Of a stretch of 36,402 nt of DNA, positions 7,509 to 16,952 are shown in pieces (position 1 is the first letter of the stretch; every line of letters begins with the position of its first letter). The translations under genes were made by a program, and so were the position numbers. The notes below the pieces were generated by a model. The model had not been told where the DNA came from and ran no database searches. It worked only from the letters and a program-made list of their open reading frames with translations. The DNA is taken from NCBI GenBank assembly GCA_052386995.1, contig JBQTJP010000023.1, forward strand, positions 1 through 36,402, given 5' to 3'. The stretch comes from Armatimonadota bacterium. Lineage in GTDB: Bacteria; Sysuimicrobiota; Sysuimicrobiia; Sysuimicrobiales; Humicultoraceae.

Positions 7509-8006
7509 ATGGCGAATCGGTACACCCTCATGGCCAGTGGTGGACTGATCACCTTACTCATCGTGCAGACCTTTCACATGATCGAGCACGTCGCCCAAGT
7601 ACTACAGAAGTTCCTCCTCCGCCAGTCGGAAGCCCACGGTTTGCTGGGCACCATTTTCGATTTCGAGTGGGTTCATTTTGTCTTCAACGGTTTCCTGGAG
7701 TTCGTCGTGGTTCTGGTCCTCGTCTGGTGGCGGCGGGCCGAGACCAACTCCCTGCCGCTGGCCCTGCGCGGCGCTGCGGGACTGCAAGGCTACCACGTGA
7801 TCGAGCATGTTGTGAGGATGTTTCAATATTACGTCGGCGCCATTGCCGCACCGAAGGGCATTCTAGGATTTGTCTTTCCGGTCATCTGGCTACATTTCTG
7901 GATCAATCTCATCGTCCTTGCTTTGATCGTCGTCCTCGTCGTTGGGGACTGGCAACCTACGGATTCGTACCGTCATGAGCCTTCAGTAAGCCCCGGTAAA
8001 GCGTGA
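7509..8006 (+). CDS. Four-helix membrane protein with duplicated His motifs (DUF6008-like)
   Basis: GGAGGAGG RBS; QTFHMIEHV...EWVHFVFN is repeated as QGYHVIEHV...IWLHFWIN. ATG7485 is an alternative start. Confidence 0.8.
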   Translation: MANRYTLMASGGLITLLIVQTFHMIEHVAQVLQKFLLRQSEAHGLLGTIFDFEWVHFVFNGFLEFVVVLVLVWWRRAETNSLPLALRGAAGLQGYHVIEHVVRMFQYYVGAIAAPKGILGFVFPVIWLHFWINLIVLALIVVLVVGDWQPTDSYRHEPSVSPGKA

Positions 8007-8419
8007 TGGAAGAGAGGAGACGGCTCGTCTCACAAGTTTGCGCGATCTGCGGCGCAGGCCTGGGGCTGGTGAGTTGCACGGGCATGATCCTTGCCACGGT
8101 TGCAGCTTTCGGATTATCGATCGGTGCAGGCCTCGCACAGATGGACGTGCCTCTCAGTCGGCCCCTGCTAGTCTTCTCCCTCCTTATCATGGTGCTTGGT
8201 CTCACCATCAAGGGGCTTGCGTCAGGGGTCCTAACGGTCCTCGGCGGGATTCTCGTCTACCTCGGAATGTTCGAGCTGCCTCCGCAATCCTCAGCAATAG
8301 CTGGCATGGAATCGAACGCCGGGGGTGGCTTTGCAGTTGCAATCTTCTGGCTAGGGCTGATGGTGATTGTGGCCGCATACGTCGTCGCTTACTGGCCAAA
8401 AGGCGTCCGACATCGGTAG
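8003..8419 (+). CDS. Small four-TM Cys-containing membrane protein, MerC/MerT-like
   Basis: Overlaps the upstream stop (GTGA); N-terminal CAIC-x8-C in a hydrophobic helix; about four TM segments. The family assignment is tentative. Confidence 0.6.
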   Translation: MMEERRRLVSQVCAICGAGLGLVSCTGMILATVAAFGLSIGAGLAQMDVPLSRPLLVFSLLIMVLGLTIKGLASGVLTVLGGILVYLGMFELPPQSSAIAGMESNAGGGFAVAIFWLGLMVIVAAYVVAYWPKGVRHR

Positions 8420-8483
8420 TCGGGAACCGGCCTCTCAGAAGTCAGGATTGCCACGGGATCTTTGGGACCGGGTACAGGCGTGG

Positions 8484-8783
8484 TCAGGAGAAGTGGACTA
8501 CAAGATGAGCGACGGCACCCGAAATCCGCGACTCGGGATGGGAGGGCGCTACTCTCCTCGGGCCGCCGGCATATGCATACGGCGGCTCCTTCGTGGTGAG
8601 ACGACCTAGCGCCATCTGGACCAGGAACAACGCGGCCAGCACCATGCTCGCCGCAACGGCGAGCCGCGGCGCAGAAACCCACAGGCTGAGTACGGTCAGG
8701 CCGTGGAACATCACGACGTTTCCCGGGAGAAACGCGTACGATCCGAGCGCCAGCGGCCGGGCTTTGTGCAGCATTGGCATCAC
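8484..8783 (-). CDS. Hypothetical small membrane protein (element backbone, possibly decayed)
   Basis: GAGGTG immediately upstream; starts just after the stop of the CHC2 ORF; hydrophobic core. Confidence 0.35.
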   Translation of the reverse strand: MMPMLHKARPLALGSYAFLPGNVVMFHGLTVLSLWVSAPRLAVAASMVLAALFLVQMALGRLTTKEPPYAYAGGPRRVAPSHPESRISGAVAHLVVHFS

Positions 8784-8789
8784 CTCGCA

Positions 8790-9450
8790 TCACAGTCTGC
8801 CGGGCCCCGCCTGCGCGCCGACCGGCCGAGGCAAGGGTGCTGTTTCCCCTTGTCGGAGGCCGGGCGGCGCGCGATGCTCTTCCACGAACCCCCGAGCCAA
8901 GCGTGCGACAGCATCGCGCATCGGCACCCGCTCCATGCGGCTGACCGGGTCCACGGCATCACCCCACTGAAGGGAGCCAAAGCAGGAGAACCGCCCGTCG
9001 GGGTAACAGAGGAACGACGGCCTCGTCTCCTCATGGAGCGGGCAGCAACCCTCGAAGCGTGCTCCGACGCGCCCAGATGCGTGTAGCGGCCGGCCACCTC
9101 CACCAGGTACGGCCGGAAGCGGGCCAGCAGCGCCCGGCGGGGTCCGCCATGTCGCCTGCGAGGTTCTGCGACTGGCCCATCCCCCGCATCGCCTGATCGT
9201 CCTACGGGAAGAACCGGACGTTGCGGACGAATCATCAAACCACGCGGAGAAGGCGTGCTGGCCGAAGGTCCCATCGCGAGGACGCCGTGCTGCGATCTCC
9301 AACAGGTCACACGCTGTGCGCAGGTACGTTCTGGCCAGATAGCGCGCGGGCGGGGCGATCACTTCGAGCGCCCGCAGGTGGTGGACAAAGCGAGCGCGGC
9401 ATCCCGCGGCGAAACCAGCGGCCCCACTCGCTCATCGGCCTCGTTGGGAT
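8790..9450 (-). pseudogene. Decayed CHC2 zinc-finger (DnaG N-terminal-like) gene
   Basis: LVEVAGRYTHL in one frame continues as VGARFEGCCPLHEETRPSF...FSCFGSLQWGDAVD in another (frameshift near 9070). The last Cys of CFGC is Ser. The 5' limit is approximate. Confidence 0.7.
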
Positions 9451-9883
9451 CCTCCTCACACGGCAGGCAGCAGCCGCACGATTTGGGCTGCATGATTCCC
9501 GAACTCCTCACCCGTCGAAGGTGAGACGATCACCCTGAACTCGACGGCGCCAGGGGCGCAGGACGGGCAAGCGCTCCCGGCTTGCCTTGACCAGCCCCGG
9601 CGGTAAGAAGCGAAGAATCTAGGCGCCGCGGACACAGGCGTAATGTCCCTCGGGCCCCACCCGTAGACAGGTGGACCACCGCAGCGTCGGTGGTGGAAAC
9701 TAGGCCCCGGGACAAATCGCGCAATGCCGCATCCTGCCTGGAAAACTGGGCGGTCCCACCCCTTCGCGTGCCCCATGGACCGGTCCCGCGGGTGTCCCGG
9801 GCGAACCCGTGCCCTGTGGAGCAGGTGAATGGCGACCGGAGGCGCCGTAGCATCGCCTGATTCCGCTCCAGCATGGGGACGGG

Positions 9884-10096
9884 TTACGCACGGCCGCTGT
9901 CCCGACGAGTGCGCCAGTGCTGGAACGCTTTGTGCTCGGCGATGACGCGGCGCAAGGCCTACTCGATGATGTAGGCGCGATCCGTCGCGGCACGCAAAAA
10001 TGCCACCAGCTCATCCACGTCCTGGAGGAGTACTCGGTCCAGCGTGACCCTCGGCTTGCGGCGTTGCACTGCTGCCTTCGGCGGAATCGGCCTCGC
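9884..10096 (-). pseudogene. Small putative DNA-binding gene with premature TAG
   Basis: GGAGAGGAG RBS followed by GCG (possibly a decayed GTG). The frame reads ...RVTLDRVLLQDVDELVAFLRAATDRAYIIE*ALRRVIAEHKAFQHWR..., with TAG at 9959-9961 and TAA at 9884-9886. Confidence 0.45.
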
Positions 10097-10589
10097 GGTC
10101 GCTCCTCTCCGTGGTCGCCCCGCAATGCTCTCCGATCCCTGGTCCAACGCGGCCCAGGTGAGTGCCAGCCAGCGTCGTCGCTGGGTTCCTGCTCTACGCA
10201 GCAGGAAGAACTGATCAGGATCGTGGCACGGCCAGCCTCCGGACGCAGAGCTGGCCGCGCTCGCAAATCTATCGGCGCAGCGTTTCCAGCGCGTCACGGA
10301 ACGTTGCCAGTGGCCACCGGTGCCGCACCCGTGGATCTTCGAAAGGGCGCGATTACTCAAGACCTGCGCGCCGGGTCTGTCGAGCCGCCCTCGCAATGCG
10401 GCGACGTGCTCTCGTCATTGGGCGGCTACTGCTACCAGGCGACTAAACGTGTCCCCGTTTCGCCCTTTCGAGGCATTTCTCGATGGAGGGTCGGATCTGC
10501 TGACTCCGCGATCGGTCGTGCCCAATGAAGGGACCTGCCCAGCACATGGTAACCTTTCCCCCAGTTTTCTTCAGGGGAGGGGATTCATC

Positions 10590-11827
10590 GTGCCCGGCGC
10601 GATCGTCAAACGGAGCGCGACCAACTACGCGGTCAAGGTCTACGTCGGCCAGGGCAAGAGCAAATGGTACTCGGGCTTTCGAACTCGGAGAGAGGCGCAG
10701 GCATTTCAGGTCAGCATGGCGAGCAATCCGCTCCATGCTGCGGGGATGGGCCTTTACGGTAGTACCAGACTCCGCCTCGGCACCTTTTTGACGAGCGACT
10801 GGTTGCCGGAGCAGGCGGCCCGGGTCAAGCGAGGAACGCTCAAAGTCAGAACGCTCGAACGGTATGATGAACTGACCCGCACGCACATTGTCCCTCGCAT
10901 CGGTTGGGTGCCCTTAGTGAAAGTCAGCCCCCAGCAGGTCAAGGGTCTGTACCGGGCCATGTTTGACATGGGGCGGTCGCCATCGACGATCCGCCGTGTG
11001 GCGATGGTTCTGCACAAGGCGTTCGAGGATGCGAGGCGTGAGGGTTTGGTCGGACAGAACCCCGTGGACTACTCGGATCCGCCGCAGAACGCGAGGTTCG
11101 AGCCCCGCCTTTGGAGCGACGAGCAAGTCGCTCTCTTCCTCGGAGAGGCCCGCCGGTCGTCTAAGCATTACGCCCTGTACCTGACTGCGATAGCCTCGGG
11201 TGCAAGGATCGGCGAACTGCTGGCCGCCCGTTGGGAAGACCTGAGTACGATGATGGCCACGCTGTCCGTTCGCCAGACACTCACCCGGCCCAAGGGCGGT
11301 GGCGTTCTGCTCGACAGGCCGAAGTCCGCGAATGCCCGCCGTGAGATCGTACTACCCTCGGAAGCCGTGCAGGCACTGGAGGCCCTGCGCAAGCAGCAGG
11401 CCCAGGAGCGTCTGACGCGTGAAACCTGCCAAAAGGGTGCGATGTGCAGAGACGCGGCGTGCAAGGGCTGGCATGAGTCCGGTTTGATCTTCACGCAGGC
11501 GAACGGCAAGCCGCTCCACTCTAAGAAGATAGCGGCGCGGAGCTTCCGGGGGACGGTTGAGCGAGCGGGCCTGCCCTCGCTCCGGCTCCACGATCTGAGG
11601 CACGTGCAGGAAGTTATTTGGTCCGACATGGGGCGAGTATCAAACTGGTGCAGGAACGCTTAGGTCACTCTACCCCGGCCTTCACGATGAGGACCTACGT
11701 CCATAACGCCCAAGGTCAGCAGGCGGAGGCAGTCCGGCTCATCTCGAGCCTGCTGGAAGCTGCAACCCATTTGCAACCGAATCTGGGCATCTTGAACGGC
11801 GAGGCCGCGAAACCCACCAGAGGGTAG
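10590..11827 (+). pseudogene. int: Tyrosine recombinase/integrase, frameshifted at ~11610
   Basis: GGGGAGGGG RBS; arm-binding-like N-terminus; SGARIGELLA and RLHDLRH motifs. GSYLVRHGASIKLVQERLGHS...TMRTYVH is in the -1 frame; one added G at CAG-G(G)A restores a full-length protein. Confidence 0.92.
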
Positions 11828-11832
11828 GAAAG

Positions 11833-11850
11833 CGACGAAACCCTGCGTCG
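11833..11850. terminator. Short hairpin between convergent int and selC
   Basis: CGACG-AAACCCTG-CGTCG, followed by CTTT on the minus strand. Confidence 0.35.
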
Positions 11851-11858
11851 GATGCGGT

Positions 11859-11954
11859 TGGCGGAGGGCCCTGGGAATCGAACCCAGCCTGGACCGAACC
11901 GGCCCAGCGGCCGGTTTTGAAGACCGGGGCCCGCACCAGCGGACACTGCCCTCC
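11859..11954 (-). tRNA. selC: tRNA-Sec (anticodon UCA)
   Basis: Minus strand: GGAGGGCAGTGTCCGCTGGTGCGGGC CCCGGT-CTTCAAA-ACCGGC...CTGGGTTCGATTCCCAG GGCCCTCCGCCA. 96 nt, long variable arm, encoded CCA; selA and selB are nearby. Confidence 0.97.
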
Positions 11955-12084
11955 GGACCTGCTGTATTCTGGCAGGCCCCCCTCCCCAGGCGCAAGGTCT
12001 GCGGCGAAATACCTCGTATATAGGGTACAACACAATAGAACCACACCACCCCGCCCAACAGGGGGCGAGCGAGGGAACACGTCG

Positions 12085-13314
12085 ATGCGGCGCATCCAAG
12101 CGGTTGTGGCCCTGCTGATCGCCGGACTGGCGGTCGGCGGGCTGGCAATGACGGTGGGCGGCGGGCCCGCCGACTGCAGCGTCGTGGAAGGGGCCGGCAT
12201 CGGCAGGGTGCGCATTGGCATGTCCGTCGCCGCCGCCCTTTCCCTCACGGGACCCCCGCAGGGGCAGCAGACCGTCGGCAGTCAGGTCATCTACGCGCTA
12301 CGCCCGCCATGGTGGTGGATCCTGGCCGATCACGGCATTGTCGAGCGCATCAGCACGCGGGCGCCCGAGTGCCGAACGCCGCGCGGTGCGCGCGTGGGAT
12401 CGACCCTGGCCGCCGTGCGCGATGCTTACGCGAGCACGCTTCCGCACGTGAGCATCATCACGCCCGCAGACAACGGCGACCTGTTATCGTATCCCCTGCT
12501 CGGTATCGCGTTCCGTGTCCGCCGCGACCAGGTTGAGGCGATCGAAGTCTTTCGCGCGGAGAGACTCGTGTCGGCGCCCGCGGCGGCCGCCACGCCGGTT
12601 CAGGGGACGGCGGCCTCACCGGGCGGGGCGACTCCCGCCGGGGCGACGCCGACGGCGACCACGGCCGCCGGATCATGGGCCGTGCGCTCGACGACCGCCC
12701 GAGTGGATGAGGGTGCGCTCACCGTGACCGGCACGATCGAGAACCGGGCCGCGCCCCGAGCGGTCTATGTCGAAGTACGAGCCCTCAATCCGGCCGGCCG
12801 CCAGATAGGCCAGAGTGACGCGCCCGTCTTCCCCAATCCCGTGCCCAACGGCGGATCGGCGACATTCGAGGTACGCGTGCCGATTGACGACATCGCGCGC
12901 CGCTACCAGGTTATTATCCGGCCAATCGGGACACTCACGGGCTCCCTGGCTGAGGCCATGGGGGAGGTCAAGGATCTCCAGCAGTTTGCCACGGTCGTCG
13001 CAAGGCAGATCCAGGTGCAGACGCAGACGACGGCCAATCCGCCCACCCGCGACGACTTCGTGGTGGTGGTCACCAACGCCAGCCCGCTGACCGTGGCCAG
13101 CGTAGGCGTGTCGATCGAGATCACCGCAACCTGCCGTATTCCCTTCCCCACTCCACGCACGATTCAGGAAATCCGCTCGGGCAGCGTCGTCGTATCGCAG
13201 TTGCGGCCTGGGGCGTCGGCGCGCGCGACGCTCCCGGTATCGCCGGGCGCCTGCATTGAATTCGCGACATGGTCGGCGACGCACCGCATCGGAGAGGTTC
13301 GTATCGCCGAGTAA
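12085..13314 (+). CDS. Secreted multidomain hypothetical protein with FxLYD/Ig-like domains
   Basis: GAGGG RBS; signal peptide MRRIQAVVALLIAGLAVGG; Ala/Thr/Pro linker; VTGTIEN...VEVRALNPAGRQIG...GGSATFEV resembles FxLYD domains. Confidence 0.7.
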   Translation: MRRIQAVVALLIAGLAVGGLAMTVGGGPADCSVVEGAGIGRVRIGMSVAAALSLTGPPQGQQTVGSQVIYALRPPWWWILADHGIVERISTRAPECRTPRGARVGSTLAAVRDAYASTLPHVSIITPADNGDLLSYPLLGIAFRVRRDQVEAIEVFRAERLVSAPAAAATPVQGTAASPGGATPAGATPTATTAAGSWAVRSTTARVDEGALTVTGTIENRAAPRAVYVEVRALNPAGRQIGQSDAPVFPNPVPNGGSATFEVRVPIDDIARRYQVIIRPIGTLTGSLAEAMGEVKDLQQFATVVARQIQVQTQTTANPPTRDDFVVVVTNASPLTVASVGVSIEITATCRIPFPTPRTIQEIRSGSVVVSQLRPGASARATLPVSPGACIEFATWSATHRIGEVRIAE

Positions 13315-13330
13315 AGGCACGGCCTGGTCG

Positions 13331-15247
13331 TTAGGGACGGGCCGACAGCACCTCGTCGGCCCGCGGGCCGAGGGCCCTGCGGTCGCCGACACGTCTGGTG
13401 ACCCGGGCCGTATCGAGATACTCCAGCAACGCCAGGGCGTACCGGCGGCTGGTCTGCAGACGGTCCCGCACCGATGCCACGGTGACATCTCCTCCGCTCC
13501 GCAGCATCTCGACAACCACCTGGCGTGCGTGATCGAGCACGGCCGTCGTGATGCGCAGGTCGGGTGCGATCTGCGTGATCAATCCCTCGTCCGTGAGAAC
13601 CTGCAGCATCCGGTCGACGGCCGCTGGATCGCCTAACCGCCGGAGGTCGGCAAGCGCCGGGGGCGAGGTCCCCCCGCGTTCGAGGGCAGTCAGCAGCGAG
13701 GTGCGGATGCGGGCGTCGCTGTCGCTGATGTGGGCGACGTGCCCAGGCAGCGCCACCAGTCCACACGCATCGGCGATTCGGGCGGCCTCGCGCAGGCCGG
13801 TCAGGACGGCGTCGAAGAGCCGGTCTCCTGCGCTCGAGACGCGACTCTTGAGCTCTTCGCGCGGCATGCCCGCCCGCCATGGGGTCTGGCGGTGATACGC
13901 GGTGAGCGCCGCTTCGATTCCTGCGCGAAGCGCGTCTGCCACCGATGCGGCAAAGAGCCGCTCGCCGGTCTTGAGAAGACGCCCATCGGCCAGAGCGGCG
14001 GCGGCGGCCCGCTCCGCCGATGGACCATCCAGTCCCGCGGCCGACGCGAGATCACTAGTGGGGAGACCGGCCGGTCCGCGTGCGGCGACCGACTCGACGA
14101 CGAGCGCGCTCGGTCCACCCTGATCCACGGTGGCCAGCGCCGCGGCGGCACTGGCGCCCCGCACGCGTCGGAGCGGCAAAGCGTTCAACACGACGCCGCC
14201 GCCCATAGTTTCTGCCGGCGAGTAGCGGCGCACGACGAACCGGTCTCCATGCACGGCCACCATCGGCTGCTCCAGACGCAGCTGGGCCAGCCCCTCGCTC
14301 CCAGGCTCCAGCGGTCCGCGATCGATGAGCGCGACCCGACCGATCACCTCACCCGCGCCCAGATGCACGTGCACGCGGGCCGCGTGGTCGAGACGCGGGG
14401 CGCCGGGCAGCAGGCGGAGACGGACGTCGAGGCGACCGGTCGGCCGGAACGCCCCTGGCGTCGTCAGCACATCCCCCCGGCTGACCTCGCCCTTATCGAT
14501 ACCGGACAGATTCGCGGCCACCCGGCTCCCGGCACGGGCTTCGCTCACGGCGTCGCCGTGCACCTGCACTCCTCGTACCCTCACATCGCGTCCGTCGGGC
14601 AGCAGCGTGAGGAGTTCGCCCGGCCGCACCGTTCCGCTCCAGAGCGTTCCTGTCACGACCGTCCCGAAGCCCTGCATCACAAACGATCGGTCCACCGGCA
14701 GGCGCACCGGCCCGGCGGCGGGTCGCTCGGGCACCGCCGCGGCCAGCCGGTCGAGCACGGCGATCAAATCCTGCAGACCGGCGCCTGTTCTCGCCGAGAC
14801 GGGTATGATCGGTGCGCCCTCGAGCGACGTCCCCGCAACCAGCTGCGCGAGATCGTCACGCACCGCGCTCACCCACTCCGGCTCGAGAGGCAGATCGATC
14901 TTGTTGAGGACCACGACGCCGCCTGCGAGGTGGAGAAACCGGAGGATGTCCAGGTGCTCGCGCGTCTGGGGCATCGCCCCTTCGTCGGCGGCCACGACGA
15001 GCATCACCAGGGCGATCCCGCCGGCGCCGGCAAGCATGTTGTGAATGAGCGCCTCGTGCCCCGGAACGTCAACGATGCCGACGCGTGTGCCGCCGGGGAG
15101 ATCGAGGTGCGCGAAACCCAGATCCAGCGTCATACCGCGGCGCTGTTCCTCGGCGAGGCGATCGGGGTCGATACCGGTCAGCGCCCGAACCAGCGCGCTC
15201 TTGCCGTGATCGATGTGGCCGGCGGTGCCGACGGTGACAGACCGCAT
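13331..15247 (-). CDS. selB: Selenocysteine-specific elongation factor
   Basis: [36 protein letters not shown]-terminal [13 protein letters not shown] winged helix. The ATG overlaps the selA TGA. Confidence 0.98.
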   Translation of the reverse strand: MRSVTVGTAGHIDHGKSALVRALTGIDPDRLAEEQRRGMTLDLGFAHLDLPGGTRVGIVDVPGHEALIHNMLAGAGGIALVMLVVAADEGAMPQTREHLDILRFLHLAGGVVVLNKIDLPLEPEWVSAVRDDLAQLVAGTSLEGAPIIPVSARTGAGLQDLIAVLDRLAAAVPERPAAGPVRLPVDRSFVMQGFGTVVTGTLWSGTVRPGELLTLLPDGRDVRVRGVQVHGDAVSEARAGSRVAANLSGIDKGEVSRGDVLTTPGAFRPTGRLDVRLRLLPGAPRLDHAARVHVHLGAGEVIGRVALIDRGPLEPGSEGLAQLRLEQPMVAVHGDRFVVRRYSPAETMGGGVVLNALPLRRVRGASAAAALATVDQGGPSALVVESVAARGPAGLPTSDLASAAGLDGPSAERAAAAALADGRLLKTGERLFAASVADALRAGIEAALTAYHRQTPWRAGMPREELKSRVSSAGDRLFDAVLTGLREAARIADACGLVALPGHVAHISDSDARIRTSLLTALERGGTSPPALADLRRLGDPAAVDRMLQVLTDEGLITQIAPDLRITTAVLDHARQVVVEMLRSGGDVTVASVRDRLQTSRRYALALLEYLDTARVTRRVGDRRALGPRADEVLSARP

Positions 15248-16650
15248 CAGGCGCGCCGGGTGCGCTGTGGGCCGGCAGCGATGGCCACCAGCACGCGCTT
15301 GTCGTCGCCGGGAAGCATCGCGAGCACATCGAAGAGCACGGCACCGTCGCGCACCACCGCCACCACGGCAGGCGCCGCGGTGCGCAGGCGCGCGGCCCAC
15401 TCCTCGGGGCGGGCGGCTTGGGGGCGAACCGCAGCCGCGTAGGAAGGGATCGTCGCTTCTGGGAGTGCCCCTCCTCCCACCTGGCCTTCCGTGGCGACGA
15501 CAGCGACCGAGGCGGCCGGACCGTAGTGGTTCCGAAGAGTCGCGGCCAGCCGGCCGGCACGCCGCCTGCGCTGGGCCGGCGATTGCGCGAGCAGGACCAG
15601 GACCGGGATCTCGCGCCAGGCCCGCGCGGGCTCGATGTACGCGCGCAGTGTCGCGGCGAGGGCGGCGACGTCGAGCTTGTCCAGGCGCAGTGCCCGCGCC
15701 AGCGGATGCGCGCGGCACCGGTCGACAGCCGTGCGCCGGCCGGCGAGCAGGCCGGCCTGCGGCCCTCCCAGCAGCTTGTCCCCGCTGAACAGCACGAGGT
15801 CCGCGCCTGTGGCAAGCGCCTCCTGTGCCGTGGGCTCCCGCGGCAGCCCCACCGCTGCCAGATCAACAAGGCAGCCGCTTCCGAGATCGTACACGACGGG
15901 CACGCCCCGGCGTTGGCCCAACGCAACAAGCTCCTCCAACGATACCTCATGCACGAACCCACGCACCGTGAAGTTGCTCCGATGGACCTTCAGCAGCACG
16001 CCGCACGCCGGGCCGATCGCCGCTTCAAAATCGGACAGATACGTGCGATTGGACGTTCCCACCTCGATCAGGCGCGCGCCGCTCTGATGCATCACATCCG
16101 GCATGCGAAATCCGCCGCCGATCTCGACCAGTTCGCCTCGACCGACCACCGCTTCGCGTCCGCCGGCCAGTGCCGCCAGCGCCAGCGTAACCGCCGCCGC
16201 GTTGTTGTTGACGGCGAACCCGGCCTCCGCGCCCGTGGCCGCAGTGAGCACCCCTTCGATGTGGGCGTGACGGCTACCGCGCCCTCCCTCGCGGAGGTCG
16301 ATCTCCAATGCACTATAGCCCGCGGCGGCGTCCGCCACCGCCGCCTGCGCGGCGCCGGACAGCGGAGCCCGGCCCAGGTTCGTATGCAGTAGCACGCCGG
16401 TCGCGTTCACGACCCGGCGGAGCGATGTCTCGAAACGGCGTTGGAGCAGCGCCGCGGTCTCTCTCACGATGGTCTCCGGCGGGGCCTCGGGACCGCCCTC
16501 ACGGAGCCGGCGGCGCGCGTCCTCCAACACTTGGCGGGCACACAGTGTTGCGGCACGCCGTGGAAAACCCGCCAGCAGACCCTGCGCCTCCAGCGCGACG
16601 ACCACGCGCTCGACCGACGGCAGGGCGCGCAATCGGGATTGTGCTTCCAT
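15247..16650 (-). CDS. selA: L-seryl-tRNA(Sec) selenium transferase
   Basis: VVNATGVLLHTNLGRAPL, VNNNAAA, RGELVEIGGGFR, FSGDKLLGGPQAG (PLP Lys). Confidence 0.98.
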   Translation of the reverse strand: MEAQSRLRALPSVERVVVALEAQGLLAGFPRRAATLCARQVLEDARRRLREGGPEAPPETIVRETAALLQRRFETSLRRVVNATGVLLHTNLGRAPLSGAAQAAVADAAAGYSALEIDLREGGRGSRHAHIEGVLTAATGAEAGFAVNNNAAAVTLALAALAGGREAVVGRGELVEIGGGFRMPDVMHQSGARLIEVGTSNRTYLSDFEAAIGPACGVLLKVHRSNFTVRGFVHEVSLEELVALGQRRGVPVVYDLGSGCLVDLAAVGLPREPTAQEALATGADLVLFSGDKLLGGPQAGLLAGRRTAVDRCRAHPLARALRLDKLDVAALAATLRAYIEPARAWREIPVLVLLAQSPAQRRRRAGRLAATLRNHYGPAASVAVVATEGQVGGGALPEATIPSYAAAVRPQAARPEEWAARLRTAAPAVVAVVRDGAVLFDVLAMLPGDDKRVLVAIAAGPQRTRRA

Positions 16651-16693
16651 GTCGACGTGACTCCCCGTGGCCGGAAACGTCAGAGGCAGCAGG

Positions 16694-16909
16694 TCAGAAA
16701 ACGAACAGGCCCAGGAGCGCGGCCGCTGCCACGACGATGACCGCCACGATCGCCAGCCGGACGAGATCCGCCTTGAGAGTTTTCATGAACTGCGCGGGAT
16801 CGTGCTGTGGCCCCCCGGCCGCCGCGGCACCCGCCCGCAGCCGCGTTCCGCAGCGCGCGCAGACGATCTTTCCGTGGGCGTTCTCATGGCCGCAGTTGGG
16901 GCAGCGCAT
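16694..16909 (-). CDS. Zinc-ribbon membrane protein (71 aa)
   Basis: AGGAG RBS; MRCPNCGHEN...CARCG; C-terminal TM helix. Confidence 0.8.
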   Translation of the reverse strand: MRCPNCGHENAHGKIVCARCGTRLRAGAAAAGGPQHDPAQFMKTLKADLVRLAIVAVIVVAAAALLGLFVF

Positions 16910-16952
16910 CGCATGTGCTCCTCTCGTTGCGTACCTCGGTTGGCCTTCGGCG

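Larger units (their letters stand above)
1..11858. mobile_element. Decayed integrative genomic island at selC carrying metal-resistance cargo (left boundary outside the window)
   Basis: The integrase ends ~30 bp from the tRNA 3' end; decayed backbone genes are present; the region looks less GC-rich by eye than the core region. No second att copy was seen, so the extent is inferred. Confidence 0.7.

Noticed and set aside
8562..8586. GCCGCCG...CGGCGGC inverted repeat as terminator or att site
   Set aside because: It has no U-tract, no similarity to the tRNA-Sec end, and lies inside a possible ORF.
9959..9961. In-frame TAG as possible pyrrolysine or other recoding
   Set aside because: No pyl genes are in view and neighbouring genes are also decayed; a nonsense mutation is simpler.
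11600..11620. Programmed -1 frameshift in the integrase
   Set aside because: No X-XXY-YYZ slippery site at the junction; a deletion or sequencing error is more likely.
12010..12027. TACC-N10-GGTA as a CsoR operator
   Set aside because: The spacing and lack of C/G tracts do not fit, and no csoR is in the window; it is probably just an AT-rich promoter region.
15248..15718. Long N-terminal extension of SelB in the ORF track (similar extensions for recX, ymdB, helicase, integrase, CopCD)
   Set aside because: These extensions mostly overlap upstream genes and lack homology; internal starts with an RBS or stop-start overlap fit better.
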